64,000 bases of DNA from Eledone cirrhosa (GCA_964016885.1 OZ024753.1:39308001-39372000), one strand, 5' to 3'. Positions 1-16,227 are shown, numbered from the stretch's first letter. Notes: generated from the sequence alone by a model not told the origin. Program-made: numbers and translations.

Positions 1-794
1 GCCAGAGTTTTGTTGCATTGTTGCTACAAGAAAGCCAATGATATTACGAGTGCAACCAATGTTGTTACTTTAACAAGTTCCGTTAATTAGAGGCTAATAT
101 TAGTGACATAGAAATAAAATAAAAAATACTTCATTTAATATTGTTGCTTGTCTGTGGTAGTCAACCGTTGGTCAAAGTATAGTATTAGTTGTGTTAATGT
201 GAGAGAGATTGCGTGTTGTGTTTGTTGGTGGCTGTGATGAAGGTGGTGTGGCAGTTTTCTCGTCAATTACCTCTCATTTTATCCCGAACTCCATAACTGA
301 CACTAATGTAAAATGAATCAGTTCATGTAAAGGTGTTCACTGCTCTGTTACTAGACGACAATAATGACAGTGAATAAAAAATAAATAACAAAAAGAAAAT
401 ACAACGAACATCGTTTCTGATTAGGGTAATTTGGAGAACTGGCGAATATTTTGCTATTTGGTGAGATCAGCGATTACAAAACTGTTAAATTATGTTCGAT
501 TAATAGTAGTAAAAATAAAAGATTATACAAATGCTTAAAGTAAAATGTACAATACACAAAATTTGACCAATCAGATAATTTACTAAAAAGACGGGAATGA
601 TACTGTTCTCCCACCTCAATGGCTGCTCGGACACATCAAAATGCAACGTAGTTGCTGAGGAGGATGATATACTGTCCGTTCTATATTATTCACTATATTT
701 ATTACAAGGAATAGGAAAAGGGATATAACTGTGATAGAGAAGCAGACAGACGCCAGCTATTGTTAGATGTGTTTCCACTGTATTATTATCTAAT

Positions 795-898
795 GCCGAG
801 GTTAACTTTGCCTTTCATCCTTACGGGGTCGATAAAATAAAGTACCAGTAATGCACTGGATAATTGCTGGCCTTGTGCCTAAAGTAGAAACAATTATT
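795..898 (+). mobile_element. 5'-truncated tRNA-derived SINE (family A, Meta-domain-like core) with 16-bp flanking direct repeat
   Basis: Core ACTTTGCCTTTCATCCTTACGGGGTCGATAAAATAAAGTACCAG is shared with more than 10 copies in the window. ATTATTATCTAATGCC occurs at 782-797 and 893-908. Confidence 0.8.
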
Positions 899-2044
899 AT
901 CTAATGCCTGCATTGAACTTGTCTTACTAAATTCTTGTAAAAGCTAGAATTTGAAGAAAAGAAATTATTGTTAAGCTAGGTGTGTTACCTCTGTGCGTTA
1001 GTAAATAACGGTAATAGAGTTAAGTGTCGTAGTGTGGTGAAATTCTCTGACCATTGCTAAAAGTCGAAGGCAAAATCTGAACCTCTGGTGTTAGAGAATG
1101 TCAGTATGATGCAACTGACTCGAAAAATGAACAACTAAAACAGAGACAAACTAATATAGTGTGACCTTCTCTCTAAAGTGAGTCTTAATCTTGAAATTCA
1201 AGTTTCCTGAGCTTCAAATTAAAGTAATATGGTTTTGGAATTAAATGTAGTATGACCTTGAATATCATTTGGCCTTCAAAGTGTTTTGACCTTAGAAATA
1301 AAGTGTCTTCAACAAAAAAAATAACACCAAAAAAACCCTAAATTATGGCTCAGATCTGACTCCGCTACCGAATGTGCAAAGATGTCTGGCGGCTTCCTTG
1401 AATATAAAGAGATAAGGATGCCAGCAAATACTTAGCTTTATGATTTTTGTAAAGTTTATTTTGGTGACAGGGATTTAAAATCGCATTCACAGAAAAATAT
1501 TTAAAGTTTTGTCTCAAAAAAACATGGGTCGGTGGCCTTAGTTAATCCTGGAAGTCATCACGATCAATTGAAATGCTCTTCGTGGGAACAGACGGAAGTC
1601 CAAAAAATATTTCTACATTACAGTCAACGAATGTATTTATGAGATATAATTTCTATGTTGCTCTTCGTAGCTGAACACACCGAGAGATTCACATTCGTAT
1701 GACAAAAGATTAGTTATCTGATAGAAAGACAGGCTGTTTGAATATTACTCGAATTGCGAATGTTTAACGAAATTATGCAGATCAGGTAGTGCACGTTGTT
1801 GTCGTCAACAGAGAGTTAAGAATATACACACAAGCTACAAAGAAAGTATATAAAAATATAGAGAAATAAAATTCGGTCTCTTTGCGCGCAGTATGCTTCT
1901 CACTTGTACAGCATACTGATTCTTCTAGCCTACAGAACTATTTCTGAATCCTGAGTCTATTGACATATTTCTGCACTCTATCGCTGGTTCCTCTCCTGCG
2001 AAACTATTTTAAGAATTTCTTTTATTCCTATATTCATATGCATA

Positions 2045-2161
<117 letters not shown>

Positions 2162-2224
2162 GCTTATATATATATATATATAAATATATAAATATATATA
2201 TATATATATAAATATATATATATA

Positions 2225-2314
<90 letters not shown>

Positions 2315-2315
2315 A

Positions 2316-2358
<43 letters not shown>

Positions 2359-2387
2359 GCTTATATATATATATATATATATAAATG

Positions 2388-2422
<35 letters not shown>

Positions 2423-2423
2423 G

Positions 2424-2484
<61 letters not shown>

Positions 2485-2485
2485 G

Positions 2486-2546
<61 letters not shown>

Positions 2547-2619
2547 TCAATAATTTGTGTGTGACTCACTTTGTTATTACAAACACACAAATACACACAT
2601 ATATATATATGTGTGTGTT

Positions 2620-2654
<35 letters not shown>

Positions 2655-2667
2655 TGGGGGAAGAGAT

Positions 2668-2741
<74 letters not shown>

Positions 2742-2883
2742 AGGCACTTGGCTTTCTGGTGTTTACAATCTTGAGGTTGTGGGTTTCAATACAGGTCCGA
2801 GCGTTGTGACATCACTGGTACCAAGGACATCACTGGTGCCAAGCAGTATCAGAAGTATCAGCCATTGCTTTTTCCTTGGTCAA

Positions 2884-3275
2884 TAATTATTTCTACGTTA
2901 GGCACAAGGCCAGCAAATTACCCAGTGCATTACTGGTACTTTATTTTATCGACCCCGTAAGGATGAAAGGCAAAGTTAACCTCGGCGGGATTTGAACTCA
3001 GAATGGCAAGGGCCGTAACTCTATACGTCAAAGCATGGCGTCTGAGCCTCTACCGATACTGCCAATCCACCGCCTTTTTTCTTGGTCAATAATTGTTTCT
3101 ACTTTAGGCACAAGGCCAGCAATTACCCAGTGCATTACTGGTACTTTATTTTATCGACCCCGTAAGGATGAAAGGCAAAGTCAACCTCGGCGGGATTTGA
3201 ACTCAGATCGTAAAGGGACGTAACTATGCTGGAAAGCATGGCGTCCGACCCTCTACCGATACTGCCAATCAACCG
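2884..3275 (-). mobile_element. Two tandem copies of SINE family A
   Basis: Reverse complement of the family A core appears twice (about 2884-3075 and 3089-3275), each with B-box-like GAGTTCAAATCC. GGTCAATAAT is repeated at all three junctions. Confidence 0.85.
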
Positions 3276-3566
3276 GTCAATAATGGTGGTTGCGTAGAGG
3301 AGCGATAAGTATGCCTGTACGACTGTTGATCTTCCTCAAAAACACTTTGCCAGGGCTTGTACCTCGGTGAGGAACTTTGCAGGTACAACTCATGTGATCA
3401 TTGGTAAGCGAAGTGGGTCTTTACTCTTTTTATACATATATACAATGCATACACACTCTTACACACACACACATATTATATATATATATGTATATATATA
3501 GAGAGAGAGAGAGAGTTATCTATATCTATCTAACTGTCTATATATATATATAAATATGTGTGTGCT

Positions 3567-3630
<64 letters not shown>

Positions 3631-3640
3631 TGTGTGTGCT

Positions 3641-3703
<63 letters not shown>

Positions 3704-3793
3704 AATTATTTATTCCCTTTCAGAAACTAATTAGTTGGAGTGAAATTTTAGTAAGTAAGTAAATTTTTATAATTTTCTTATTTTACGTCTTTC

Positions 3794-3826
<33 letters not shown>

Positions 3827-3842
3827 CTTGTGCTTGTATATG

Positions 3843-3942
<100 letters not shown>

Positions 3943-4362
3943 GAGAGAGAGAGAAAGAGCTATAGATATAGGTATAGATATATATATAACCATACATATA
4001 TTCAATACATATGCTTGGGTATATATCAATGAATATCGGTGTCTTTGCGAGTGAATACATTTATATATATATATATATAGGATATTACTTCTTCCTCCAC
4101 GGCATATATTCTCATGTGGGCAAGAATTAGTGTTTTCTTTTTAATATTATTGTTTGTTTCTATGTTTGAATGTCTGCTTCATTCGTTTGTAGTAGTAAAT
4201 ATGTGGACCAGAATATATCTAGACTTCTTGACCTAGTTATCAAGGACTGGTCTAGAATACTGATTTTATCGTGTATGTTTTAGATGAAATGGTGTTACCA
4301 TCTCTACGTGTTTAATATTAATTCAATTTATAGAGAGCAAATATTGGTGTATATATATAATT

Positions 4363-4431
<69 letters not shown>

Positions 4432-4628
4432 GTGTGTATATATACACATATATGTATATATATATACATATATATATTGATATATATATATAAATGTATA
4501 TATATATATATAAGGATTAAAATACTGGAGCGTGTTGGAGTTAAACACCCTCTTCGTATTATAGAAATGACAGTAAAAGGTATAGCTCAATGTAATTAAA
4601 CAGAGCCGAAGATTTATGAAAATAAAAC

Positions 4629-4661
<33 letters not shown>

Positions 4662-4665
<4 letters not shown>

Positions 4666-4860
4666 ATAATAATAAATTTGAAGACTAAAATCCAAAGAGG
4701 GCTCGATAAGGATAAATATATATCAAATATATAAGAACCGTAGAGCAAATATTTATTAAAATAACAGATTAAAGTTTAAGCAAAGAATCGGTGCTTTCAC
4801 CGTTAAAGGTGAAAGCAGCGATTCTTTGCTTAAACTTTAATCTGTTTTTTTAATAAATAT
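4662..4860. mobile_element. (TA)n-flanked dispersed repeat (Penelope pLTR-like) ending in a palindrome with 53-bp arms
   Basis: 4662-4750 recurs at about 8093-8185 (+) and 30125-30212 (-). Arms 4749-4801 and 4808-4860 are reverse complements with 2 mismatches. The arm sequence recurs at 38529-38637. Confidence 0.6.
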
Positions 4861-4931
4861 ATATATATATATATTTATATATATTTGGTAATATATATTT
4901 ATATTTGTATATATATATATGTATATGTGTG

Positions 4932-4964
<33 letters not shown>

Positions 4965-5321
4965 GTATATATATACATATATACGGTCGGCCGCGAAGAG
5001 GCTGCTGCAGTTTATTTTTCAAATATTTCTTCATAGGAGCCTTTATTCTTATAGCCTGGTCTAATTGATTTTTTATATGGTTAATTATGCTAATTGGGAG
5101 AGGAAATAGTGTATATATTTTATCAAATAATTCTATGGACATAATTTATGATATATATATATTTATATGTATGTATATATATATATATTGTAAATGTTAC
5201 AAATGAGATGTATCTGCTTGTGCATTTCAATGAAACTCCATGTGCAAAGATTAAACCCAATTTCAAATTAAAAATGCACCGTCTATAGACGTACGTACGC
5301 TTATCAATATATATTTTTATA

Positions 5322-5515
5322 TAAGGGCGGTGGATTGGCAGTATCGGTAGAGGGTCGGACGCCTTGCTTTGCAACATAGAGTTACAGCTCTTTATGATCT
5401 GATTTCAAATCCCGCCGAGGTTAACTTTGCCTTTCACCCTTACGGGGTCGATAAAATAAAGTACCAGTCACGCACAGGGGTCGATTTAATCGACTTCCTC
5501 TTCCCTAAAATTGCT
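5322..5515 (+). mobile_element. SINE family A, long-tail variant
   Basis: Head AAGGGCGGTGGATTGGCAGTATCGG, then the family core, then tail GGGGTCGATTTAATCGACTT. Confidence 0.8.
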
Positions 5516-6096
5516 GTATATATATGTTTATATATATATTTTGTAATGAATATGTTTTTGTATGCATTTCTGTCTCTGTGTGTTCGTGTGTGTCTGTGTG
5601 CGCCTGTGAATGTGTGTATGTGTCTGTTGGACCAAGAATTCCTGAACTATTTTCTATTACTACATTGCTCTAGCATAGATTATTCCTCTTTCCATTTCTC
5701 TTTCAGAAATTGTGTTGACATAAATTATATACATTGTACCATAATTCAATGATACGTGCTGCCTGCCCATAATATAATTTCAAGGAGATTCAGCGCGGTA
5801 GAGTTTGTAATAAGTTTGGCCATATGTTAAACAGTTAGACAACTGTTTTGTTTTTGGATTAGTGGAGTGGAGCAACGTAAAATAATGTCTCCTTTTCAAT
5901 GACACAACGAATTACCTGTAATCAAAGGTATGACCTTACGATTGTGAGCCTAACTTCCTAAACCCCAGACCCCGCGGTCTCACGGTATAGTCTCATACCT
6001 ACAGTATCACAGTTGATTCAGCTGTAATCTCTTTATATAAATATGGTAATGGTGGGAGCAGTAGTCATAGTAGTAGTAGTAGTCATAGTAGTAGTG

Positions 6097-6155
<59 letters not shown>

Positions 6156-6178
6156 CATAGTAGTAGTGGTAGTAGTAA

Positions 6179-6229
<51 letters not shown>

Positions 6230-6796
6230 CTTTCGACGTGACGTGAGATGTGACGTGATGGGATGTGATGTGATGTTCCTTGAGTTCACGTGTTTCTTTT
6301 TTGTTTTTGAGAATTGACATTGACAGTTTCTCAGCTAACCTCAGTTTCCTTCTGGGATAATAAAAGCCGTTAAAATGCAAGCAATTCATATCTTTTCGTC
6401 GTTGTTATTTGGTTGGTTGATGTCAATAGTAGTCAATGACCTACTTGTCTGCCATTGCTGTTGAAAAATACCTTTTCAAAAAAAAAAAAAAAAAAAAAGA
6501 AGAGTCATAATTGTTATTTAAGGAAATTGGCTCGGGTTAATAAAAATGGCTTCACATCCGGTAATAGAGCGGACATCAAAATCTTGGCAAGACACTCAAA
6601 TGAGAACAGAAACTAAACATTAAAAAAAAAAGATGGAAAGAAAGAAGAAAGGTGACAAAGAGATATGGAGATATAATAATAAAAAAAGGACTGGATGGGA
6701 CGGAAGTGGGAGATGTAGAGATATGAGAGTAAAGAGAGATTGCCTGTCAGGAAAAAAAACAACAACACACTCCATACTCACATACACGAATCTCTC

Positions 6797-6856
<60 letters not shown>

Positions 6857-6937
6857 CACATACACATACATACACACACAAATACACACGAATCTCTCTC
6901 TCTGTATATATACGTATATATATATATGTATATATAC

Positions 6938-6991
<54 letters not shown>

Positions 6992-7525
6992 GTGTGTGTG
7001 TGTATGTATATATATAAAGAAGAGATAGTAAGATAGAAAAGAGGCACAAACAAAATGACGGACTGATTAGCAGCAGCAGCAGCAGTAGCAGTAGACATAT
7101 TAAAAGTTAGAACGGGACTGGGGGAAGGAAAAGAAGTAGATGAAATCAATATTATGAGTAAAAGATGCTATAAATAGGGGAAAACTAAACTAAATGACGT
7201 GTGGGATACTGGGATACACACGAAAACAAAATGGCCGTTTAATAGGCAGAATGCAAATCTTCTTATCTGTTTTGAATCAGTATTTTTCAGTGCTCTGCTT
7301 TGCTCTATTACCGTACAGAGAGAGAGGGAGGAAAATAAGCTAATGACAGAAAACACAGAACTATCAACAAAACGATCTTTTTTTGCTGATGAGGGGAGGG
7401 AAGTCAGTGGAGGTAATAAATGTATTGCCATAGCGTGTTGGTGACGGTGAGTGAGGATAACTTTTCATTGATGATTTTAAATGCCACGATATATCAATCA
7501 AATGTAACATATGTGTTGATGTATG

Positions 7526-7560
<35 letters not shown>

Positions 7561-7605
7561 ATGCACGCGCATGTGTGAGTGTCTGTATGTGAGTGTGTAT
7601 GTATG

Positions 7606-7745
<140 letters not shown>

Positions 7746-8030
7746 TTGCTTATATGTATGTATATCTGTCTGTATGTATGTATAATCTATTAGGCTTTTA
7801 CTAGTTTCAGTCATTATACTCTGGTCTTTCCGCGGACTACAACTCTTAAAGATATTTTAGTTGATCATATCAAGCTCAGTACTTATTTTTTTTCATATCT
7901 AGAATATAATTGCCTGATCTCCTTTGTCGAACCCCTAACTTATATGACATAAACCCAAACACGGGGACAGGTACTCAAATAGACACTCGCACACACATAT
8001 ATACACACACACAAACGCCCACAGGCATGC

Positions 8031-8089
<59 letters not shown>

Positions 8090-8204
8090 TATAGTAATGA
8101 TTATAAATATGAAGAGTAAAATCCAAAGAGCGCTCGATAAAGATATTATATATATATCAAAATATATAAAACCATAGAGCAAATATATATATATATATTA
8201 TATA

Positions 8205-8237
<33 letters not shown>

Positions 8238-8959
8238 GGAAGAGATTCAGGACCCTGACGGCTGAGCTCCAGCCGTTTGGACAAACTAGACCCGAACTCA
8301 TGTATATATATATATATATATATATAGTTGTGATATACATCTCAATTCTTGCATGAGAAAATGGCATTACTCTTGCTCTGCTGTGCTTGGTACCTGTCAT
8401 ATATGGAGGGTTATGTAGAGAGTTTAATTAATTACATAGAATAATATAATGCATATAATTTAGAAAATAATATGTAGTGAAGAAAAGATACTTTTGTTAA
8501 GATATTTCTAATGAAATACAATTTATTTTGAGATCAAGAAGAATTTAAGAGAATATTTTTGTAATACAACTTAACTTCTTTTTTTTCTCTCATTATAACG
8601 TTGATATGTAGAACATTTCTTAATATTAAATTATTTTGGATGGTTTTAATTTAGATATGAATATTTAAAATGTACACTTTTGTTTCACGAAGTTAAAAGT
8701 GGTTCAAGCGAGTTGGTATCAAAAGTATTAATGCTTATTGCAAGCAGTTCTGTGAGACTGTGTTAGGTTGCCTGATTTTTCTGTTAAACTTTGGATGTTG
8801 TGCGAAATAGATAGGGTTGAGTACCTCTGCTTGAGAGGATAATGAACATAGAAATAACTCATTGTAACAGATTTCTATGTATGCAGAGTGTGTGATCCAT
8901 TTCTTTCGGAACCGAGGTCGTGTGTTCCTGCTGTTTGAATAACGGGACAGCCTGCTTAT

Positions 8960-9430
8960 GGACGTAACATGCAAATGGCTGTGTATTCCAATATTACATA
9001 CATCCTTAACGTAGTTCCCAGGGAGATTCAGTGGGACGAGTGTCCCTGTTGTTTGAATAACGGAACAGTCTGCTTGTAGACTTAACGTGCAAGTGGCTGA
9101 GCATTCAACTGTTACATAATCGTTAACATAGTTCTCAGGGAGACTCAGTGTGACATAGTGTGTGACAAAGCAGTTCCTTTGAATTACTGGTGTAATGCTT
9201 GTATTTTACAGAAAGTGACTGACTGAGCATTTTGCGGACATGTGAATCTTTATAGTTCTTCGAGAGATTCAAAATAATACTGTGAGAATGTGTTAGTTCT
9301 TTGAATTATAGACACAACTTAATTTGTTCCAGTCTAGTAGACTAAAGCAACATGAAATAAATGTGTTGCTGAAAGACATTATACACTGTATGTTCCGGCA
9401 TTCGAACTCATGACCTTTAAGCCACGACCA
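8960..9430 (-). mobile_element. Diverged SINE family B with internal tandem sub-repeats
   Basis: GCAACATGAAATAAATGTGTTGCT...TTCGAACTCA resembles the 15139 copy. AACGTAGTTC..GGGAGATTCAG blocks are repeated about three times. Confidence 0.5.
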
Positions 9431-10205
9431 TTCACTTCGTTTAAGTTGCAAATGTTTGAAGAATTACGCTAAATTAAGTCATGTAACTTTGTAGGGTTTT
9501 GTTCAATGTTTATGCTTTCGTATTTCTTCTTTTTTTACGTCTGTCTGTCTATATCTTTCAGCCATTTTGCTTTGTGTTGTCATTTGTCTTTTGCAGAAGG
9601 TAAATTCTTTATCCAAGACCTCTTAGTTGAGAAGAATATATCTTAGTATATATTTATCTCACTAGTATCTCAGCATCTTCTTCGTTGTGGACATTGTTAT
9701 TATTATTTTCTTTTCGCTTTTTTGGGGTGTTTCCTTTCTTTTTTTTTCTTTATTTGTTTGCTTTCATCTAACAAAAAGAAAACGTTATTTAAACAATTAG
9801 TGAACATACGATAAAAATATAAAAATAAAAATGGTAATAACAAAACAAAAACAAAAACAAATATGAAATAACAATAAATAATATTTATACGAAACAAAAA
9901 TATATAGAAAAAGGAACCCAATGCTAGCATCAAAGAATGGATTTAATGAATAGCTGAGTAATAAGATTTATAAGAAAGAATATAAGAACATTTGGTTTAT
10001 TTTTTTTTTTATTATTTTTATCATTTGTTATTTCAAGCTTTTTTTATTTTTGTTTTTATTTTTCCTTTTTTTAATTTTTTATTTAGAAGGATAAATAAGA
10101 GAAATAATTTTATTTCTTGGGGTTGCATAAGATAATAATAAAAATAGTGATAATAATAATAACAACAATAATAATAATAATAACAACAACAACAACAACA
10201 ACAAC

Positions 10206-10262
<57 letters not shown>

Positions 10263-12248
10263 TGTAATAATGGTAGAAAGGAAGAAAAACTAATATGTGT
10301 ATAGAAAAAGAAAAAAAAAATTCAAATAAAGTGATATGTCAAAACGCTCTGTTCCGTTATAACAAGCGGAATATTCTATATTGTTGTTAGCTTGGCATAG
10401 AGACAGAATCGAATGTTCTAACTGGTTGGCCTGATCGCCAGGTCAGGGGAAAGTATTTTATCGCAACAGGCAAAAAGAAAGTGATTTCACGACAAAACAA
10501 GCAAAGGAAAGGAGAAAATATGACAAGAGATTTTTCTCTCTCACTCTTTCTGTTGTAAAACGAAACCATGTCGTGTTAACACCAACCGCGATGACAATCT
10601 CACAATTTTATCCTTCAATAGTTTGGAATAGTTTTACTGAAATTCTCTGCTGGAGATTAATCATTTGGCGATTTGAACGAAAATATTTATCAGGTTTCGC
10701 TGAAATTCCTGTGAAAATTAAACAAGTCCTCGCAGAACATACGGCGAGAAAACTAATTGTTATAATTGGTTTTGTGTCTTTAAAAATATAGACTTTATGG
10801 ATTGTTTTTACTTCTTCTGAACATCTCAAGATTTGTAATCGACATAGAACGACAGAATTAATGCTATATATACTAAAATGCCTTGCAGTAATATTTCGCA
10901 ACTTTATGTTGTCTGTTCAAATACTGACGGGAGTCAAATTCACTGTTCTGTATGAATGCTTTTGATAATAAACAGCCTGAAACTGTCCCCATGTACAAAA
11001 CTTGTTTGTTTTAAAATATTTATATTTATCTAATCTCCCATATCATAAATCTTATGTAAGAAACTCTGTTTTATTATGTTGCAAATACCAGCTTAATAAT
11101 ATGCTAATTATATTACTAGATTTTTACAATTTCTTGATTATTTTCAAAATTATTTGAAAATCATAAGCAGTGACTTTCAGTAGAAATAGGGTAACGAGAT
11201 AGTTAATAGCATAACTGAAGTTAGACAATACTTGCCACGAATCATAACAGAATATTGTTCTTTTTTAAAAATTCACCCTTTGACTCTGTTACAATTACAC
11301 CAGGCTTCCATCACAATATAGCGTTTAGACTGTGAATTATGATTCAGTCACTAGGGCACCGTCGAAACATACGGCATCTCTTGTATATCAGATGCCCTAA
11401 CGACTCTGACCACCTTCACATAAATGTAACAGATCGATAAATGTTTATTTTAACTATATTTCCAAGTAGGAAGTTACTGAAACATTTGCACATTTTACAA
11501 GATTGTTAGCTGCTATACGAAACTAGATCGTATGCTGTTGCATACAGAAAATATGCTTGTTTTTATGTACCAAGTCAAAGCTCCTTTGGGAAAATATAAC
11601 GTAAATAGAAAGGAAAAAATAACATTATATTTTCTACGTATTTATGAGGGAAGGAAGGGGAACTAAGATACCTGGATATAGTCTAAAGATCCGTAAGATT
11701 CTGACTCTAGTTTTATGGGAAGAAAATAGTTAACTGCATGTGCCTCACTCTATCTATTACAAGTAATTATTCCATAAGTAACAATGAAGAATGACAGGTA
11801 ATATCTGATACGATAGCTATTGAAACCAAAATGTAGCGAAATTATTGTAAATGTTAGTATGTCAGCAATTTAGACCGATTGTCTTACGTTTGCTCCCACA
11901 TTACCATTGATTGTAAAACGATGAAATTACATTTACAAAATAGACAAAGATAAATTCGTCTTAATCATATGCAAAGTGAATTTATTAATCTATATCTTAC
12001 TTCCGTATTGTATGTAATCTTATTTCGATTAAAACTAAAAGCATTATGTGAAAAGTTCCAACTTTCATCAGAGTCATCTAATTTCATTCAAGTTTCAGCG
12101 AAAATAACAATTACATTCATATTTCCAAATGGTGACATCTTTTAGAAGTTATGTCAAATATCGAGTATTTTGTGTCCAGACATGTCCTCATATTTCGTTA
12201 AATTGAAGACAATTCTATGAAATTTGACTCCTACTTATATACACGCCT

Positions 12249-12329
<81 letters not shown>

Positions 12330-12450
12330 TCATGTATTTCTATGCATCATACAGACATACATATATCTATATATATCTATATATATATATTTATTTATAT
12401 ATGTGTGTGTGTGTGTATGTATATAAATAAATATATGTATATATATATAT

Positions 12451-12534
<84 letters not shown>

Positions 12535-12552
12535 GCGCGCGCGCACACACAC

Positions 12553-12597
<45 letters not shown>

Positions 12598-13101
12598 ATA
12601 GCGTTGTGTAGTTAAAGTTAAAGTCCAATTAACCTCTTGGCTGGCAGCCGACATAAAGAGATCAGGACACACGATGAAAGATGCTTTTAACCTTTCTGAA
12701 GCTTAAGTTCTCTTCTTGAGAAAACTTGAGCTTAGTCTATGGCAGTTGTCAATTTAGACGAAGTTCAATTAATTTAACCTCGTAGATAGACGTTTCAAAG
12801 TAGCTTGTTGCATCTTCTATTGATTCTTAACGCTGTTTCTCCCGTGTGTAGAGAGTTCAGATCAGTGAAATCAGAGGTCATCAACCATTGAACTTACTAG
12901 AATTTCTTTTGAGTTTATTTGCATTTCTAAACGAATTGATCCATTGATTAGGAACTGGTTTATAGCAAATAGATTTGAATTATATATATTTATGTTTTAG
13001 ATATTTGGTTGCTGAATGAGTAAAAAAGATACATAGCAGAATAGCATAGATAGATAAATAGATAGATAGATAGATAGGTAGATAGATAGATAGGTATATA
13101 G

Positions 13102-13210
<109 letters not shown>

Positions 13211-13731
13211 GAGAGACATGAACTCCTCATTTTACGATGGAATATAGTCTTTAAAAAAAGCTAAACAAGAAGAGCAGTATGTAACAAACACTTGAGAACC
13301 TAACTTAAATAATAATAATGATAATAATAATGATAATAATAACAACAACAGCAACAACAAAAATAGTGCAAATATATTTTTAAAAAACAGGTAAATATAA
13401 AGTGGAACAACTTTCCACACATGTACGTACGGATGTAAACATGAACAAAAGGTTACAGTAATATCCATTTAAGTAAACATTGAAGCAAACATCACCTGTA
13501 TCAATAAAGGGACCAGATAACTATGGGGTTAACCAGTGCACAGTGGACGCCTTTTCCTTTTCATTACTTTTAACATTCTTACTCCGACCATCCGCTCAGC
13601 TCCCAAACAATGGCGACCAGTTGTAATTAGCGCGTTTCTCATATAAACGAAGATTGCACAGGATACGTTACTGTTTCAAAGGCAATTTATCTATCTATCG
13701 CTTCCTCTCCCTCTCTCTCTCTATCCCCCCC

Positions 13732-13800
<69 letters not shown>

Positions 13801-13868
13801 CCCGTCTATATATTAGTGTATATCTATCTATCTATATATTTACCTCTCTCTCAGTCTCTCTCTCTTTC

Positions 13869-13902
<34 letters not shown>

Positions 13903-14131
13903 CATATATGTGTGTATGTATCTACCTATCTCGCTCTCTTTCTCTCTATCTATCTATCTATCTATCTATCTACATCTATATATATAAATGTAAGTATGCA
14001 TGTATGTATACGTACATACATATATGTATACAGACGTACAGTAGTATGTATATATATACATACATGCACGTATTTAAGTAAGTGCCGTTCTAAGAGTGAG
14101 AAATGAAATTTCGTTTCATTCTATTCCATTT

Positions 14132-14178
<47 letters not shown>

Positions 14179-14207
14179 TGTATATAGATATAGATATATG
14201 TGTGTGT

Positions 14208-14256
<49 letters not shown>

Positions 14257-15138
14257 CTGTCTACTTATCTGTGTATGTCTATCTATCTATTTATTAATCG
14301 ATTTATCTATCACCTGTTTACAATATCATCCACCTCAGCCTCTCTTTCTTCTTTCAATGCGTATATAAACACTTTCGAACATATCCTCACACAACCATAG
14401 AGATACGTATGCATATTTGTATGTGTACGTATGTGTGTATCAGTGTATGAAAACTTGTATTATGTCTGGGAGTTTGTACACGAAAGCATATATAAATATT
14501 TGTATGCATATATGTACTCCCTTATACGAATGTTTGCATACACGCTAAAGCTGTTGGTGGTGGTGGTGGTGGTGGTGGTGGTGGTGATGGTGATGGTGGT
14601 GGCGGTAGTTTCAATAGTGGGGTAGTTGTTGGTTTTACTGGCTAAGGTATTGTTGTGATTGTTGTGGGTGTAGTGGTGATACTGGTTTACGAGATTGTGA
14701 GTGTGGTTGTGTTTGGGGTGTGGTTGAGTTGTAGCTATGGCTGTAGCTGTGGTAGAATCAGAGCGGATTTAAGGATTCGTGGATGTGGTTTTTTGGTGTG
14801 ATGGTTTGAGTAGGGTGCCGTGGTTAGGGTGTGGTTTTGTTTGTGTTTCAGATGTCGTTGTGAACATGTTGGCAGGTAGTTGTGAAATGTTTTTAGGTTA
14901 CAGTGTGACCTGTTTCTCGGGGTTAAGGCTACAGTAATGATGATTAGTGAACGATAGATACAGTTATATATATATATATGTGTATGTGTGTGTGTGTGTG
15001 TACACTCGTACATATAGAAACAGATAAGCACACACACACACAGAGACATATATTTATATATATATTTTTTTTTTTTTTTTTTTAGACCATCGACTTTCGT
15101 CAAATCGGACCGAGGGAACAATGTTTCCGTTGGTCTTT

Positions 15139-15297
15139 CCAATTGCTAATACTATCTATCGGTCGCAACTCCAGGTAGAAGGAGCAACGTGAAATAAAGT
15201 GTCTTGCTCAAGGACATAACGCATCGCCTGGTCCAGGAATCGAACTCACAACCTTACGATTGCGAATCCAATTCTCTAACCACTCAGCCACACGCCT
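15139..15297 (-). mobile_element. tRNA-derived SINE family B (5' part)
   Basis: Minus strand reads A-box TGGCTGAGTGG, B-box GAGTTCGATTCC, then GTCCTTGAGCAAGACACTT. A near-identical copy lies at 28911-29069. Confidence 0.8.
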
Positions 15298-15298
15298 T

Positions 15299-15338
<40 letters not shown>

Positions 15339-15406
15339 TGTGTGTGTGTGTACACTCGTAGATATAGAAACAGATAAGCACACACACACACACAGACATA
15401 TATATT

Positions 15407-15438
<32 letters not shown>

Positions 15439-15568
15439 TATATACATACATATTTATATATAGGTATATATGCGCCTACAAAAATAAGTACACGTACACG
15501 CATAGTTATAACATATACATATATATATATATATTTATGTATACATTCGTACATATACAAACAGATAA

Positions 15569-15611
<43 letters not shown>

Positions 15612-15888
15612 CGTACATACACGTACACATACGCACATTCATACAGATTTACAGACCCGTTCACATAAACCCATATATGTACATATACACACACATACTT
15701 ACTTACAAATAAACACATACATAGTAACACATACATGCACACAACATCAGCCTTTTCACCTCTAATTATCAATGTACACTTCGCGTTTATGTCTCGTTGA
15801 TCACGTGGTCAGAAATACTTACCTCTACGAGAAACCAATTAAAGCTAAACATGTGATCAAACATATATTTTAGGTTTTCACAGCGCAA

Positions 15889-15921
<33 letters not shown>

Positions 15922-16180
15922 ACACACACACACACACGTACTCTCTCTCTCTCTCTTCCTCTCTCTCCTTTACCCTCCTTCTCTCTCTCTCCCTCTTTCT
16001 CTCTCCTCTATCCCCCCTCTCTCTCTCTCTCCTTCCCTCTCTTTCTCTCCCCTTGCTTACTCCGCTCTCCCTCTCCTCTCTATTACTCGTTTCCATCTCA
16101 CTTCATCTCTCCCCTCTCTCCTTCACTACCTCTCGCCCCTCTCCGTTATTTTACTCCACTCTCTCCCACTCTCTCTCTTT

Positions 16181-16227
<47 letters not shown>

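Noticed and set aside
9562-9605. Plus-strand 3-nt microexon (TTTTGCAG|AAG|GTAAAT)
   Set aside because: The donor is only moderate, such patterns are common in AT-rich DNA, and there is no other plus-strand support.
10330-10920. Possible exon or miRNA in a unique island
   Set aside because: No recognisable protein motif, known mature miRNA or pre-miRNA-length hairpin was found by eye.
15225-15297. tRNA gene
   Set aside because: The A/B boxes continue into a repeated SINE body and there is no proper acceptor stem.
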